A model generated the notes under the pieces. That model saw nothing but the letters and a program-made list of their open reading frames with translations, searched no databases and was not told the DNA's origin. The position numbers and the translations under genes are program-made. 64,000 nucleotides of DNA, taken from positions 66,901 through 130,900 of the forward strand of contig NZHD01000051.1 of the NCBI GenBank assembly GCA_002691205.1, in the 5' to 3' direction. Below, in pieces: positions 28,153 to 37,789 of this stretch. The stretch's first letter is position 1, and every line of letters begins with the position of its first letter. The DNA is from Deltaproteobacteria bacterium. GTDB lineage: Bacteria; Myxococcota_A; UBA9160; UBA4427.

Positions 28153-29739
28153 CTAGATTGACAATTGCGGGACCGTTCGCTGGCCCGGATAAATCATAAA
28201 CAGTGCACGCGTGAAGACGAGAGCGGAGAAAACGCTTGTCAGAATTCCGATAGACAGCGTAACCGCGAAGCCCTTGATCGGCCCCGTGCCGAACTCAAAT
28301 AAAATAAGGGCTGTAATCAGCGTGGTGACATTCGCATCCAAGACGGTCAACGTGGCTCGATTGAAACCTGCAGCAATCGCGGCTCTTGGCGTTTTACCCT
28401 GGCGGAGTTCTTCTCTAATCCGCTCAAAGATAATGACATTTGCATCCACCGCCATGCCCACCGTCAAGACTAAACCAGCGATCCCAGGAAGCGTCAGGGT
28501 TGCCTCAAAGAGAGACATGATCCCAATCAACATCGAAATATTGACGAGCAGCCCCAGACTCGCGTACACGCCGGCTCCTCGGTAGTAAGCCATGGCGAAG
28601 ACTAAAATAAGAGCAAGCCCAACCATGGACGCTTTAATGCCTGCCCTAATTGAATCGGCCCCCAGCGTGGGGCCGACCGTACGTTCCTCCTCGATCACAA
28701 CAGGCACAGCCAGAGAACCTGCTCTCAGCACGACAGCTAAGTTGGCGGCTTCTTGCGGGGTGAATCGACCTGTAATTTGCCCCTGGGTCGTGATCCGCCC
28801 GCGAATCACCGGAGCGCTGTAGACATTTTTGTCGAGAATAATCGCCAGCATCTCGCCCACATTGGCTTCCGTAATCTCTCCAAAGAGACGGCCACCCTCA
28901 GGATTAAACCGAAAGTCCACAACGGCTCTCTGCTGCTGATCGTAATTAAGCCGGGCATCATCCAAATAATCGCCCGTAATATCGGCGGAGCTCCGAACGA
29001 GATATGCGGCCACAACGACATCCGACTCAGGATCTTTCTCCGTCACCAACTCCGTCTCGGCTTGCAGACCATCGGGGTAGCGGCCCATAAGTTCTTCAGG
29101 ACTGCCCGCTCGATCCAATACAATCTTAAATTCAAGAAATCCGGTGCTCTTCAGCAACTCACGTGCGCGGCCGCGATCGATCTGCCCGCCTGGAATTTGG
29201 ACAAGAACGCGATCGGACCCCTGACGAGTCACCACAGATTCGGGAATACCCGTTCGCGGGTCATTAATTCGCCTTCGCAAAACCTCGAGGACCTGCGCCA
29301 TGGTCCGCTCTCGGATTTCCTGAGTCCATGCCTCTGTCAGCGCATACCGGATCTCGCTATCGGAGGCGCTCGACTCTCTCAAAACGAAGGTTTCGCCTCC
29401 GGCATCACGAACCGCCTGAGCTTGCGCAGGCGTATTCACCTGAAACACAAGTTCGCTTCCATCAACCGTCACGTTCGACTCTGGAACCCCTTCAGAGGCC
29501 AGCGTCTCACGCATACCGTCTCGCGTGAACTCTAACTCGTGTTGAATCGCATCGTCGATTTCCACTCCGACGACCCAATGGATCCCCCCCTGGAGATCCA
29601 ACCCCAAGCGAAGTCCATCATCCTTCCAAAAGTCGCTCTGGATACGATCTTCTTTGGATACGAAGTTCCCGACGCTCAAATATGTAAACAGCAGGACCAC
29701 TGCTGCCAGCAGTCCGACCTTCCAGCCCAACCCTTTCAC
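28153..29739 (-). CDS. secD: protein translocase subunit SecD
   Basis: 528 aa. N-terminal TM, large periplasmic domain (…LGLDLQGGIH…), C-terminal 5-TM bundle (…LTLPGIAGLVLTVGMAVDANVIIFERIREE…). Confidence 0.95.
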   Translation of the reverse strand: MKGLGWKVGLLAAVVLLFTYLSVGNFVSKEDRIQSDFWKDDGLRLGLDLQGGIHWVVGVEIDDAIQHELEFTRDGMRETLASEGVPESNVTVDGSELVFQVNTPAQAQAVRDAGGETFVLRESSASDSEIRYALTEAWTQEIRERTMAQVLEVLRRRINDPRTGIPESVVTRQGSDRVLVQIPGGQIDRGRARELLKSTGFLEFKIVLDRAGSPEELMGRYPDGLQAETELVTEKDPESDVVVAAYLVRSSADITGDYLDDARLNYDQQQRAVVDFRFNPEGGRLFGEITEANVGEMLAIILDKNVYSAPVIRGRITTQGQITGRFTPQEAANLAVVLRAGSLAVPVVIEEERTVGPTLGADSIRAGIKASMVGLALILVFAMAYYRGAGVYASLGLLVNISMLIGIMSLFEATLTLPGIAGLVLTVGMAVDANVIIFERIREELRQGKTPRAAIAAGFNRATLTVLDANVTTLITALILFEFGTGPIKGFAVTLSIGILTSVFSALVFTRALFMIYPGQRTVPQLSI

Positions 29740-30089
29740 GATGACTCGCCTCCGCCCGCCTCTGTTGCTTTGATCACGGCTCCTATCCCGGAGCGCGCGA
29801 CATCAACTTCAACCTTCAAGCCACCCTTTACTCGAGCGATTTCCACTTTGACCAAATCTTCGGATACATCCGTCACGGTTCCGTGCAGGCCACCGCTTGT
29901 AATGACCTTGTCTCCACGAACCAGAGCCTTAATTGAAGCCTCCCGCTCCTTCTGCTGCTTTTGCTGAGGGCGAATGACCAAAAAGTAAAAAATCGCAAAA
30001 ATTGCGGCCATCATCAAAAAAAAGCTTGGGTCGAAGCCAGGTGCGGCACCCTCTGCTTGTAGCAAGACGGGAAACATCGATTCCCTCAT
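29736..30089 (-). CDS. yajC: preprotein translocase subunit YajC
   Basis: Single TM followed by IRPQQKQQKE…LVRGDKVITSGGLHGTV…, the YajC signature. 4-nt overlap with secD. Confidence 0.9.
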   Translation of the reverse strand: MRESMFPVLLQAEGAAPGFDPSFFLMMAAIFAIFYFLVIRPQQKQQKEREASIKALVRGDKVITSGGLHGTVTDVSEDLVKVEIARVKGGLKVEVDVARSGIGAVIKATEAGGGESS

Positions 30090-30175
30090 TTAAAATTCTC
30101 CCGGGCGATCTGTTAATTCGCTCTTGTATAGAGTACAGCGGCCCATCCTGCAGGCCCCTAGGCCCCGAATCCCAC

Positions 30176-31321
30176 TCAATCCGACCTGGAACCGACTTCC
30201 CGAGACGACAAGGCGGACGCCCGCCATTTCTCGAGTCGAGTGCCAGGATAGAAATTAGAAAGAATCTGAGGGTAGGACACTCCACGCTGAGCCATAGCCC
30301 GGGCGCCCCACTGACTCATTCCCACCCCGTGACCCCTGCCTGACCCCACAAAGACAAAGTCGCCCCTGGAGTCCTCCCTCACCTCAAAAAGGGTGCTTCG
30401 AAGCCTCCGGTTGCCCAGCAAAGTCCTAAAACGCCCTCCAGAGATCTCGATCTGACCACTCGAACCCGAGATCTCGATCTGTTTGACCCGCCCACTGGAG
30501 GATCGGGCCACAATTCGAACCCCTCTCACCCGCCCCAGACGATGTCCCCTAGAGGCCAGCAAACCTCTAAGCTCTGATGGGCTCAGCTGAGTGCGCCAGT
30601 ATGTATCGGGAGAATCATCTTCTCCTCCAACTTGCTGGCTCACGAGATACGTCAAATCTCGACCCCATACCTCACCCGAACTCGCCGTTTTACCGCCTGC
30701 CGCCGAGTGAAAAACCGCCAAGATCGGGTCTCCACCGTGGGTCAAGACCCGACAATCGGTGTCTTTCACAGCCCGCCGTATGGATTCCGCGACCCCCCCA
30801 CCCAAATAAACCTGGCTTTGAGTCGTGGTCGCGACGTCGTATGGCGCCTCAGCATGCATCGCTCTCTCATGGAGGGCGTAAGTCCGGCTCACCACCGCTT
30901 GGGCCCTGAGGGCCTCCTCGGCCCATCGAGACGGCATTTCTCCCTTAAGAGTCCCCTCAACGTACTTATCGAGGGGAACATGCCCAATCACAACGACTTC
31001 GCCTTGATGCGCACGCACCTGAACCCGGCCAAACAGGCTCACCTCACCCAGCCGGTGCTCCCCCATGGGGCTCATCCAAGCACCCACTTTCGAGCCGTTG
31101 ACGGAGAGCTCTCTGCCGCGGTGAAGCTTAAATCGATATTTTTTCCCATCGACGGTCAAATCGACAGGATTGGCGGCCCGTTGAATTAAAATCCGAATCG
31201 GGGTTTCACAGGCCGAACGGGCCTCAGCGCGAACTGGGGCTAGAACGGAGAGCCAAAGGCCCACCGCAATGCCGACCCACCCCCCCAAGAGCATCGACTT
31301 CATTGGGCGTGGATATCGCAC
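30176..31321 (-). CDS. SpoIID/LytB-domain protein (peptidoglycan remodelling / amidase enhancer)
   Basis: Signal peptide. Conserved …YVEGTLKGEMPSRWAEEALRAQAVVSRTYAL… and …VFHSAAGGKTASSGEVWG…, and C-terminal GHGVGMSQWGA. Confidence 0.85.
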   Translation of the reverse strand: MRYPRPMKSMLLGGWVGIAVGLWLSVLAPVRAEARSACETPIRILIQRAANPVDLTVDGKKYRFKLHRGRELSVNGSKVGAWMSPMGEHRLGEVSLFGRVQVRAHQGEVVVIGHVPLDKYVEGTLKGEMPSRWAEEALRAQAVVSRTYALHERAMHAEAPYDVATTTQSQVYLGGGVAESIRRAVKDTDCRVLTHGGDPILAVFHSAAGGKTASSGEVWGRDLTYLVSQQVGGEDDSPDTYWRTQLSPSELRGLLASRGHRLGRVRGVRIVARSSSGRVKQIEISGSSGQIEISGGRFRTLLGNRRLRSTLFEVREDSRGDFVFVGSGRGHGVGMSQWGARAMAQRGVSYPQILSNFYPGTRLEKWRASALSSREVGSRSD

Positions 31322-31361
31322 GAACGCAGGCCGAGGTCAAGCCCCCCTCGGCCAAACCGGA

Positions 31362-32525
31362 TCACAGGTCTTTTCGAATCGCTTCAACTCGATCCGTCTT
31401 TTCCCAAGGGAAACCGGAGTCTTCCCGGCCAAAGTGTCCGTGATAGGACGTGGCGCGGTAGATCGGGCGCCGCAGATTGAGCATCTCATCAATTCCGCGC
31501 GGCGTCAGGTCGAAGTGTTTTCGAACCAGAGCATCCAGTTGGTCGACGTTCAACCGACTTGTCCCGAAGGCATCCACACGAATGGCCAAGGGCTCAGCGA
31601 CACCAATCGCATACGCGAGCTGCACTTCGCATCGCGAAGCCACTCCAGCCGCCACCAAGTTCTTCGCGACATAGCGGCCAGCGTACGCAGCACTGCGATC
31701 GACCTTAGAAGGGTCTTTCCCCGAGAAGGCGCCTCCCCCATGGCGACCCATGCCGCCATAAGTGTCCACAATAATCTTGCGGCCGGTAAGCCCCGCATCG
31801 CCCATGGGCCCTCCCACAACAAAACGTCCAGTCGGATTAATGTGGATAATGGTGTCATCATCAACGAGCGCAGAGGGAAGAACGGGCCGAACCACCGCCG
31901 ACAGAATTTCTTCTTTTAGCTTGTCGTATCCGACGTCAGGCGAATGTTGAGTCGATAAAACAACGGTATCAATCCGGCCAGGCGAGCCATCCTCGTTGTA
32001 TTGAACCGTAACTTGACTCTTCGCATCGGGCCTCAAATAGTCCAGCTCTCCTGACTCAAAGCACCCGCGATGCTGCTCGATGAGCTTGTGCGCGTAATGA
32101 ATCGGAGCCGGCATCAACTCTGGAGTCTCATTGCAGGCGTACCCGAACATCATTCCCTGATCGCCCGCGCCCTGCTCCTTATGAAGGCCTTCTCCCTCGC
32201 TCACGCCCTGCGAAATGTCGGGGGATTGCTGCCCCAGAGCAACCATGACGGCACACGTCGCTGCGTCAAATCCCATGTCCGAATCGGTGTAGCCAATATC
32301 GTTCACCACGCTTCGCACCAAGGGTTGAATATCCACCGTCGCCTTCGTGGTCACTTCGCCACACACCAAGATCAGCCCCGTTGTCGTCGCCGTTTCACAA
32401 GCGACCCGCGAGCTTGGATCCTGGTCCAACATGGCGTCGAGAACGGCGTCAGAAATCTGATCGCACATTTTATCCGGGTGCCCCATCGAAACCGACTCGG
32501 AAGTAAAGAATGAATGCTTAGCCAT
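31362..32525 (-). CDS. metK: S-adenosylmethionine synthase
   Basis: [52 protein letters not shown]: all canonical MetK motifs. Confidence 0.98.
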   Translation of the reverse strand: MAKHSFFTSESVSMGHPDKMCDQISDAVLDAMLDQDPSSRVACETATTTGLILVCGEVTTKATVDIQPLVRSVVNDIGYTDSDMGFDAATCAVMVALGQQSPDISQGVSEGEGLHKEQGAGDQGMMFGYACNETPELMPAPIHYAHKLIEQHRGCFESGELDYLRPDAKSQVTVQYNEDGSPGRIDTVVLSTQHSPDVGYDKLKEEILSAVVRPVLPSALVDDDTIIHINPTGRFVVGGPMGDAGLTGRKIIVDTYGGMGRHGGGAFSGKDPSKVDRSAAYAGRYVAKNLVAAGVASRCEVQLAYAIGVAEPLAIRVDAFGTSRLNVDQLDALVRKHFDLTPRGIDEMLNLRRPIYRATSYHGHFGREDSGFPWEKTDRVEAIRKDL

Positions 32526-32723
32526 CTAGATCTCTCCTGAATTTACTGACCCAAAAAATAGAATCGACCTCCACCGCATGGGGGCCGTTAAAAACACTTG
32601 TGAGACAGCGAGCAAAATCGCTCCCTGTGCCCCACGCCCGTCATTGCCTCAAGAAAGGGCTTCAAGGCTAACTTGCAAAAGCGAGCCTGAGGTTAGGCAA
32701 GCATGCCGGAATAGGAAAGCCCC

Positions 32724-33002
32724 TCATACGTCCTCAAGGCTCTCGATCAACTCGCCCAATGCGGCCACAGCCCGCTCAGCGCCCTCGCCCCGGGCTTTCA
32801 CTTGCAGAATCGTACCTTGGCTCGCAGCCAGGGATAAAATCGACAAGACACTTAATCCGTTGACCCACTCGTCCCCGCGCCCCACTTCAATTTCACAATC
32901 AAATCGCCCAGCGAGGGCGACAAAACGTCCCGCAGGCCGAGCGTGAAGTCCTAGTTCACTGGCGACGCAAAATTCGCCCTTGACCCACTCATCGTCAGGC
33001 AT
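32724..33002 (-). CDS. ptsH: HPr-family phosphocarrier protein
   Basis: 92 aa. Active-site GLHARPA (His15 equivalent) and a Ser46-region equivalent (…VNGLSVLSILSL…). The start shares 1 nt with the upstream stop (TGATG). Confidence 0.88.
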   Translation of the reverse strand: MPDDEWVKGEFCVASELGLHARPAGRFVALAGRFDCEIEVGRGDEWVNGLSVLSILSLAASQGTILQVKARGEGAERAVAALGELIESLEDV

Positions 33003-33412
33003 CAGGCACTCCCATCTGGAAGCACTGCACTCGCGACGGATATATTCCTCTGGCCATACTCCTTAATAAAAAGGGCGAGCTCGTCCAGAGGCTTCTCGTC
33101 ACGCAAGCTCCCGAGCTTAATTAACATGGGCAAATTAACACCCGTCACAACCTCAATCCGATGCTCGGTCAAAAACGAGAGGGCTACGTTCGACGGCGTT
33201 CCTCCGAACATATCCGTCAAGATCAAAATGCCCTCCCCTTGATCCACTTCCTTAATGGCCGTCAAAATCCGGGCCCGCATGCGGTCCACCGGCTCCGACG
33301 GTTCAAGTGAAACGAACGGGAACTCGGGCGCTTCAGGCAGAATCAAACGTACGGCCTGGAGGAACTCTTTACCGACTCCATAATGAGTCACAATTACGAC
33401 ACCAACCTTCAC
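33002..33412 (-). CDS. PTS EIIA component, mannose/fructose family
   Basis: MKVGVVIVTHYGVGKEF (phospho-His context) and …ILTDMFGGTPSN… are typical of EIIA-Man. Confidence 0.85.
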   Translation of the reverse strand: MKVGVVIVTHYGVGKEFLQAVRLILPEAPEFPFVSLEPSEPVDRMRARILTAIKEVDQGEGILILTDMFGGTPSNVALSFLTEHRIEVVTGVNLPMLIKLGSLRDEKPLDELALFIKEYGQRNISVASAVLPDGSA

Positions 33413-34278
33413 GACAGCCTCTCAATATCTCGATGTGTCACACTGATCTCCCGGCCCGCATCTTCCAGATCGGCCGCCAACGCTTCCGCCATGGCCACCG
33501 ATCGGTGGCGCCCACCCGTACAGCCTACTCCAATCGTAACGTAGGCCTTCCCCTCCTGATCGTACAAAGGGAGTACATAGTCCAAGAAACTCTTCAACCG
33601 GCCCAAAAACTCCTCGCCCCGCTCACTCTTAACGACGAAATCCGCCACCTCGGTCTCGCGGCCGCTTCGAGCACTCAGCTCCTCCTCAAAATAGGGATTA
33701 GGCAGGAACCGCATATCGAACAAGAGCTCAACAGACTGCGGCGTCCCATACCGAAACCCGAACGACACAAGATTAACCACCGTGCGACGGATTTGCCCGG
33801 TCACACCGGCCACGATGGCGCTCTTGAGTTCATGGACGTTCATCAGCGTTGTGTCTAGCCGGCGGTTTGCGAGAGCCGAGACCGCCACGAGAAGCTTCCG
33901 TTCTTTGGCCACACCCTGAGAAACGCTCCCTTCGGGTGAGAGAGGATGAACCCGCCTTGTCTCCCGATATCTCTTTTCGAGGACCTCGTCCGCGCAGTCT
34001 AAGAAAATGACTTCTACAGAAGCCCCCGAATTCTGGAGTTGTCCAGCCACTTCCGGCAGAGAGCGGATAAATCTCTCTTCCCTAGCATCAACGGCCAGGG
34101 CAATCTTCTCAACCGGAGGACTCGCTTGACTGCAGAGGTGAACGAATTGAGCGACGAGCTGTGCGGGAAGATTATCAATGCAATAAAAGCCTTGGTCCTC
34201 AAGAGCCGCCATCGCGGTGGTCTTGCCGCTCCCAGACAAACCCGCGACAAAAACCAAGTGAGACTGGTGATTACTCAT
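33409..34278 (-). CDS. rapZ: RNase adapter protein RapZ (YhbJ)
   Basis: P-loop GLSGSGKTTA, …FYCIDNLP…, C-terminal …IGVGCTGGRHRSV… signature. Confidence 0.93.
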   Translation of the reverse strand: MSNHQSHLVFVAGLSGSGKTTAMAALEDQGFYCIDNLPAQLVAQFVHLCSQASPPVEKIALAVDAREERFIRSLPEVAGQLQNSGASVEVIFLDCADEVLEKRYRETRRVHPLSPEGSVSQGVAKERKLLVAVSALANRRLDTTLMNVHELKSAIVAGVTGQIRRTVVNLVSFGFRYGTPQSVELLFDMRFLPNPYFEEELSARSGRETEVADFVVKSERGEEFLGRLKSFLDYVLPLYDQEGKAYVTIGVGCTGGRHRSVAMAEALAADLEDAGREISVTHRDIERLS

Positions 34279-34897
34279 CCAAAAAGTCCTCCCTGTTCTG
34301 AGCCGCCTCGAGTCTAGCCGAGCCTTTTAAACGGTCATCTAAGCGCTTGGCTGCATTCACGCCCGTACGACGCTGAAGTCCGTCTCGCACAGCCACCTCA
34401 ACCAATGTGGCCATGCTTCGTGCCGGACGCACGGGCAAAATCAACCGAGGAACAGCCACTTCCAAAATCACTTCATGTGGCCTTTCGATTCCAATCCTTT
34501 CGTACTCAGCCTGTTCGTCCCAGGGCTCGAGTTCGCAAATCAGCTCCACAGTGGACTCGTCCTGTACGGCCTCTGGCCCATAAAGGTCTGCGATGTGCAA
34601 CAAACCTATCCCTCGAATCTCCATATAATGGCGAATGACCTCGGGCGATCGCCCGACCAAAACAGGCTCTCGGTCCGGACCTGTCAAACATTCAAACTGC
34701 ACGACGTCGTCGGCCACCAATCGATGCCCACGTTGAACCAGTTCAAGCGCACATTCGCTTTTTCCTACTGCACTATCGCCTCGGAGAAGTACACCCACTC
34801 CTAACACGTTCACCAGTGCGGCATGAAAACGGGCCATGGCTGGCTCCCCCAAGTGCGTTCTCTGGAATGCGCTCTTGCCCTGCTCAGAACTTGCCAT
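34271..34897 (-). CDS. hprK: HPr kinase/phosphorylase, short form (kinase domain only)
   Basis: HAALVNVLGVGVLLRGDSAVGKSECALELVQRGHRLVADD (P-loop GxxGxGKSE) and …MEIRGIGLL…. Only about 190-208 aa. Alternative ATG at 34834. Confidence 0.85.
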   Translation of the reverse strand: MASSEQGKSAFQRTHLGEPAMARFHAALVNVLGVGVLLRGDSAVGKSECALELVQRGHRLVADDVVQFECLTGPDREPVLVGRSPEVIRHYMEIRGIGLLHIADLYGPEAVQDESTVELICELEPWDEQAEYERIGIERPHEVILEVAVPRLILPVRPARSMATLVEVAVRDGLQRRTGVNAAKRLDDRLKGSARLEAAQNREDFLDE

Positions 34898-35345
34898 CCT
34901 CCTGCTGTATCGCAGTCAGAATCGAAGTCAGGTCATCGGCTTCCATCAGGCATCCTCGAAACTCGGGATCGCGAAGAAACCTTGAAATTCGAGCTAGAGC
35001 CTTGAGGTGCTGACCCGCCGAATGTTCTGGGACCACCAGCAAAAAAAACAGATGCGTTGGCTGCTGATCGATGGCTTCAAAATCAATCCCTGCACGGCTC
35101 CGTGCAAAAGAAGCCACCAAGCTATCCAAGCCGGCCATTTTACCGTGGGGAATCGCGACGCCCTCACCAATTCCTGTGCTCTGGAGAGATTCTCGTTCGC
35201 TCAGAACTTTGAGGAGGCGGTCTGTCTCTAAGCCAGGGACCGAGGCGGCAAGGGCCGCCGCCATCTCCTCAAGGACCCCGCTCTTCGTATCGGATTCCAC
35301 ATCGAGAATGATGGCATCCTCGACCAGGATGTCCGTAATTTTCAT
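34884..35345 (-). CDS. ptsN: PTS EIIA-Ntr (nitrogen regulatory IIA)
   Basis: Internal ATG giving MKITDILVEDAIILDV…. Active site GEGVAIPHGK. The upstream part of ORF 34884..35528 overlaps the rpoN 3' end and is not family-like. Confidence 0.88.
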   Translation of the reverse strand: MKITDILVEDAIILDVESDTKSGVLEEMAAALAASVPGLETDRLLKVLSERESLQSTGIGEGVAIPHGKMAGLDSLVASFARSRAGIDFEAIDQQPTHLFFLLVVPEHSAGQHLKALARISRFLRDPEFRGCLMEADDLTSILTAIQQEDGKF

Positions 35346-35382
35346 GAGACGCTCTCCATCTGAGGGACCGGACTCTATCTCA

Positions 35383-36918
35383 CTATCCAACCTGCCGCCG
35401 CTTGGTTGAGGACAAGATGCGCATGGCCTCGCGGTATTTCGTGACGGTCCTGCGAGCGATATCAATGTCTGCATCTTTGAGCATATCGACAATCCGCTGA
35501 TCTGAGACCGGACGTCGAGCGTCTTCACTCGAGATAATCTTCCGAATTCTCTCCTTCACGCTCTCACTCGCCAAGGCCTCCCCTCCCACCCGACTGATCG
35601 AGGAGTTAAAAAAGTACTTCAGCTCATAAATCCCCTGGGGCGTGTGCACATATTTGTTCGTAGTCACCCGGCTGACCGTGGATTCGTGCATCCCGATATC
35701 ATCCGCCACATCTCGGAGATTCAGAGGCTTGAGGTGCGATACGCCTTTCTCAAAAAACTCGCGCTGATGCTCAATAATGCTCTCAGTCACCTTGTAAATT
35801 GTGCGTTGGCGCTGGTGGATGGATTTGATGATCCACATAGCTGAGCGAACCTTATCCTGAACATAATCTCGAGTTTCACGAGATTCATCTGACTCAGAAG
35901 CATCCTTGGTCATCACCTGCTTGTACGCTTCGCTGATCCTGAGCTTAGGCAGGCCGTCCTCATTGAGCAGGACATGGAAGTCCTCTCCCACTTTGTGAAC
36001 ATAGATATCAGGCGTGATATACACCGGCTCGTCCGAACCGAAGTCGCGCCCGGGCCTGGGCTCCAAACTCGCGATCACTCGCGATGCGGCCGCGATCGCC
36101 GACTCGGTGGTTCCAAGCAGTTTTACCAATCGACGAAAGTCGCGTTTCTGAAGCAGCTCTAGATGCTCTTCCACGAGGCTCAATACGAGAGGGTCATCGA
36201 TGCGCAGCCTTTTTAACTGGATCATTAGACACTCTCGCAGGTCTCGAGCCGCCACACCGACCGGATCCAGTTGCTGAACCTTAAGCAGCACTCTTTCCAC
36301 TTCTTCGGGAGCCAGTCCCGCCTGATCGGCTACGTCTTCGACTGTCCCCACCAAGTAACCTCGTTCATCGAGGTTACCGACAATCCACTCTGAAATGTTC
36401 ACTTCCTCTTCATCGAAATCTGAAAGCTGAATTTGCCACTCAAGATGCTGAGCCAAATTCGGACGGCTCGTTAAGGTGGCTTCTAGACTCCGGTGCTCAT
36501 CGTCGTCTCGACCCACTCGACTCTCTAACCCAGTCTGCGGCTGGGATTCCATATAGGCGGCCCAGTCGACATCGTTGATTTTGTCCATATCGGTGGGGTC
36601 GGCCGAATCGCTTCCGTCTATAGACGTCTCCGCTGGACCCTCTGACGTAAAGTCCATCTCTGAAGGGGGCGCTTCCCCTTCGGACATCGAATCGGCCTCG
36701 GATGACTCGTATTCACTTGGACTTGCATCGGATAGCTCCGCCGCCGTCTCGACCTCTCGCTCCTCTTCCTCAAGACAAGGATTTTCCTGAAGCTCCTGCT
36801 CAACCACAGCCACCAGCTCCAACTGATTCAGCTGAAGAAGCTTTATGGCCTGCTGCAACTGGGGAGTCATCACCAGTTGCTGCGAAAGCTTTAGCTGTTG
36901 TTTGAGCTGAATGGCCAT
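35383..36918 (-). CDS. rpoN: RNA polymerase sigma-54 factor
   Basis: N-terminal Gln/Leu-rich region I (LKQQLKLSQQLVMTPQLQQAIKLLQL), acidic region II, C-terminal HTH and RpoN box (…ARRTVTKYREAM…). Confidence 0.97.
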   Translation of the reverse strand: MAIQLKQQLKLSQQLVMTPQLQQAIKLLQLNQLELVAVVEQELQENPCLEEEEREVETAAELSDASPSEYESSEADSMSEGEAPPSEMDFTSEGPAETSIDGSDSADPTDMDKINDVDWAAYMESQPQTGLESRVGRDDDEHRSLEATLTSRPNLAQHLEWQIQLSDFDEEEVNISEWIVGNLDERGYLVGTVEDVADQAGLAPEEVERVLLKVQQLDPVGVAARDLRECLMIQLKRLRIDDPLVLSLVEEHLELLQKRDFRRLVKLLGTTESAIAAASRVIASLEPRPGRDFGSDEPVYITPDIYVHKVGEDFHVLLNEDGLPKLRISEAYKQVMTKDASESDESRETRDYVQDKVRSAMWIIKSIHQRQRTIYKVTESIIEHQREFFEKGVSHLKPLNLRDVADDIGMHESTVSRVTTNKYVHTPQGIYELKYFFNSSISRVGGEALASESVKERIRKIISSEDARRPVSDQRIVDMLKDADIDIARRTVTKYREAMRILSSTKRRQVG

Positions 36919-37054
36919 GGTTCTCGTTATTCCTCAGGATAGAGAGACGTATAGCGTAGCGGCTATCGGCTCAGGTTTATAGCCACGATCCAACCGAGAC
37001 CGAATGGGGCGGCTCGCAGCCGAAAAACATGACCTATACGGCCTATGCCCCCCC

Positions 37055-37789
37055 TCACACCAGAGAAAAGTTCTCCCCGAGATACAGCTCCCGGGCACGC
37101 TTATCGCCTGAGATTTGTTCAGGCGTACCTTCCGTCAAAACTAAGCCCTCATTCAAAATATAAGCTCGATCACAAATCAATAGAGTCTCTCGCACATTAT
37201 GATCTGTGATCATAATTCCAATTCCACGCGCCTTTAACTGTCGGATAATCTCTTGGACATCGACCACGGTGATCGGATCCACGCCGGCCAGAGGCTCGTC
37301 CAGCAACATGAAAGAAGGATCTAAAATCAAAGCCAGAGTGATTTCCAAACGCCGCCTCTCACCGCCCGAGAGCGACCCTGCTCGCTGAGAAGCCTTATCT
37401 TGCAGCCCGAGCTCTTCGAGCAAAACTTCTAGTCTGACGCTTCTCTCTTTCTTCGAAGGCACGACGGCCTCTAAAATCGCCAAAATATTTTGCCGAACAG
37501 TCAGTCGGCTAAAAATAGAGATCTCCTGGGGCAGATAGGTCAGTCCCTTCCGGGCACGCTTAAAAAGAGGTAGACCGGTCACGTCCTCACCCTTGAGGCG
37601 AACGACTCCCCGAGACGGACGTAAATTTCCCGAGAGCATCCGAAAAATAGTTGTCTTCCCTGCCCCATTCGGCCCCAAAAGCCCCACCACTTCTCCGGGA
37701 GCGAGCGAGAGGTTTACGTCCTGAACCACTTCACGCCGGCCAAACCTCCGACTCAAACCTTCCGCTTGAAGTATTTGCGATACGTTCAT
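37055..37789 (-). CDS. lptB: LPS export ABC transporter ATP-binding protein LptB
   Basis: Walker A GPNGAGKTT, signature LSGGERRRLE, Walker B MLLDEP, H-loop ITDHN. The ATG at 37789 overlaps the lptA stop (ATGA). Confidence 0.93.
   Translation of the reverse strand: MNVSQILQAEGLSRRFGRREVVQDVNLSLAPGEVVGLLGPNGAGKTTIFRMLSGNLRPSRGVVRLKGEDVTGLPLFKRARKGLTYLPQEISIFSRLTVRQNILAILEAVVPSKKERSVRLEVLLEELGLQDKASQRAGSLSGGERRRLEITLALILDPSFMLLDEPLAGVDPITVVDVQEIIRQLKARGIGIMITDHNVRETLLICDRAYILNEGLVLTEGTPEQISGDKRARELYLGENFSLV

Noticed and set aside
28753-29535. 260-aa ORF antisense to secD. Similar cases are 13337-13987 over tauE, 57147-57791 over the ClC gene, 48781-49392 opposite the PQQ dehydrogenase and 51764-52441 spanning the 51508 gene and the ACAD.
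   Set aside because: All overlap confidently identified genes, have Arg/Pro/Gly-biased composition and show no recognisable motifs. Judged to be shadow ORFs.
32526-32723. Searched the metK 5' leader for a SAM riboswitch. Also looked upstream of mmuM.
   Set aside because: No SAM-I, SAM-II or SAM-V-like conserved core was recognisable by eye, only a 4-bp hairpin. A covariance-model scan would be needed to exclude one fully.
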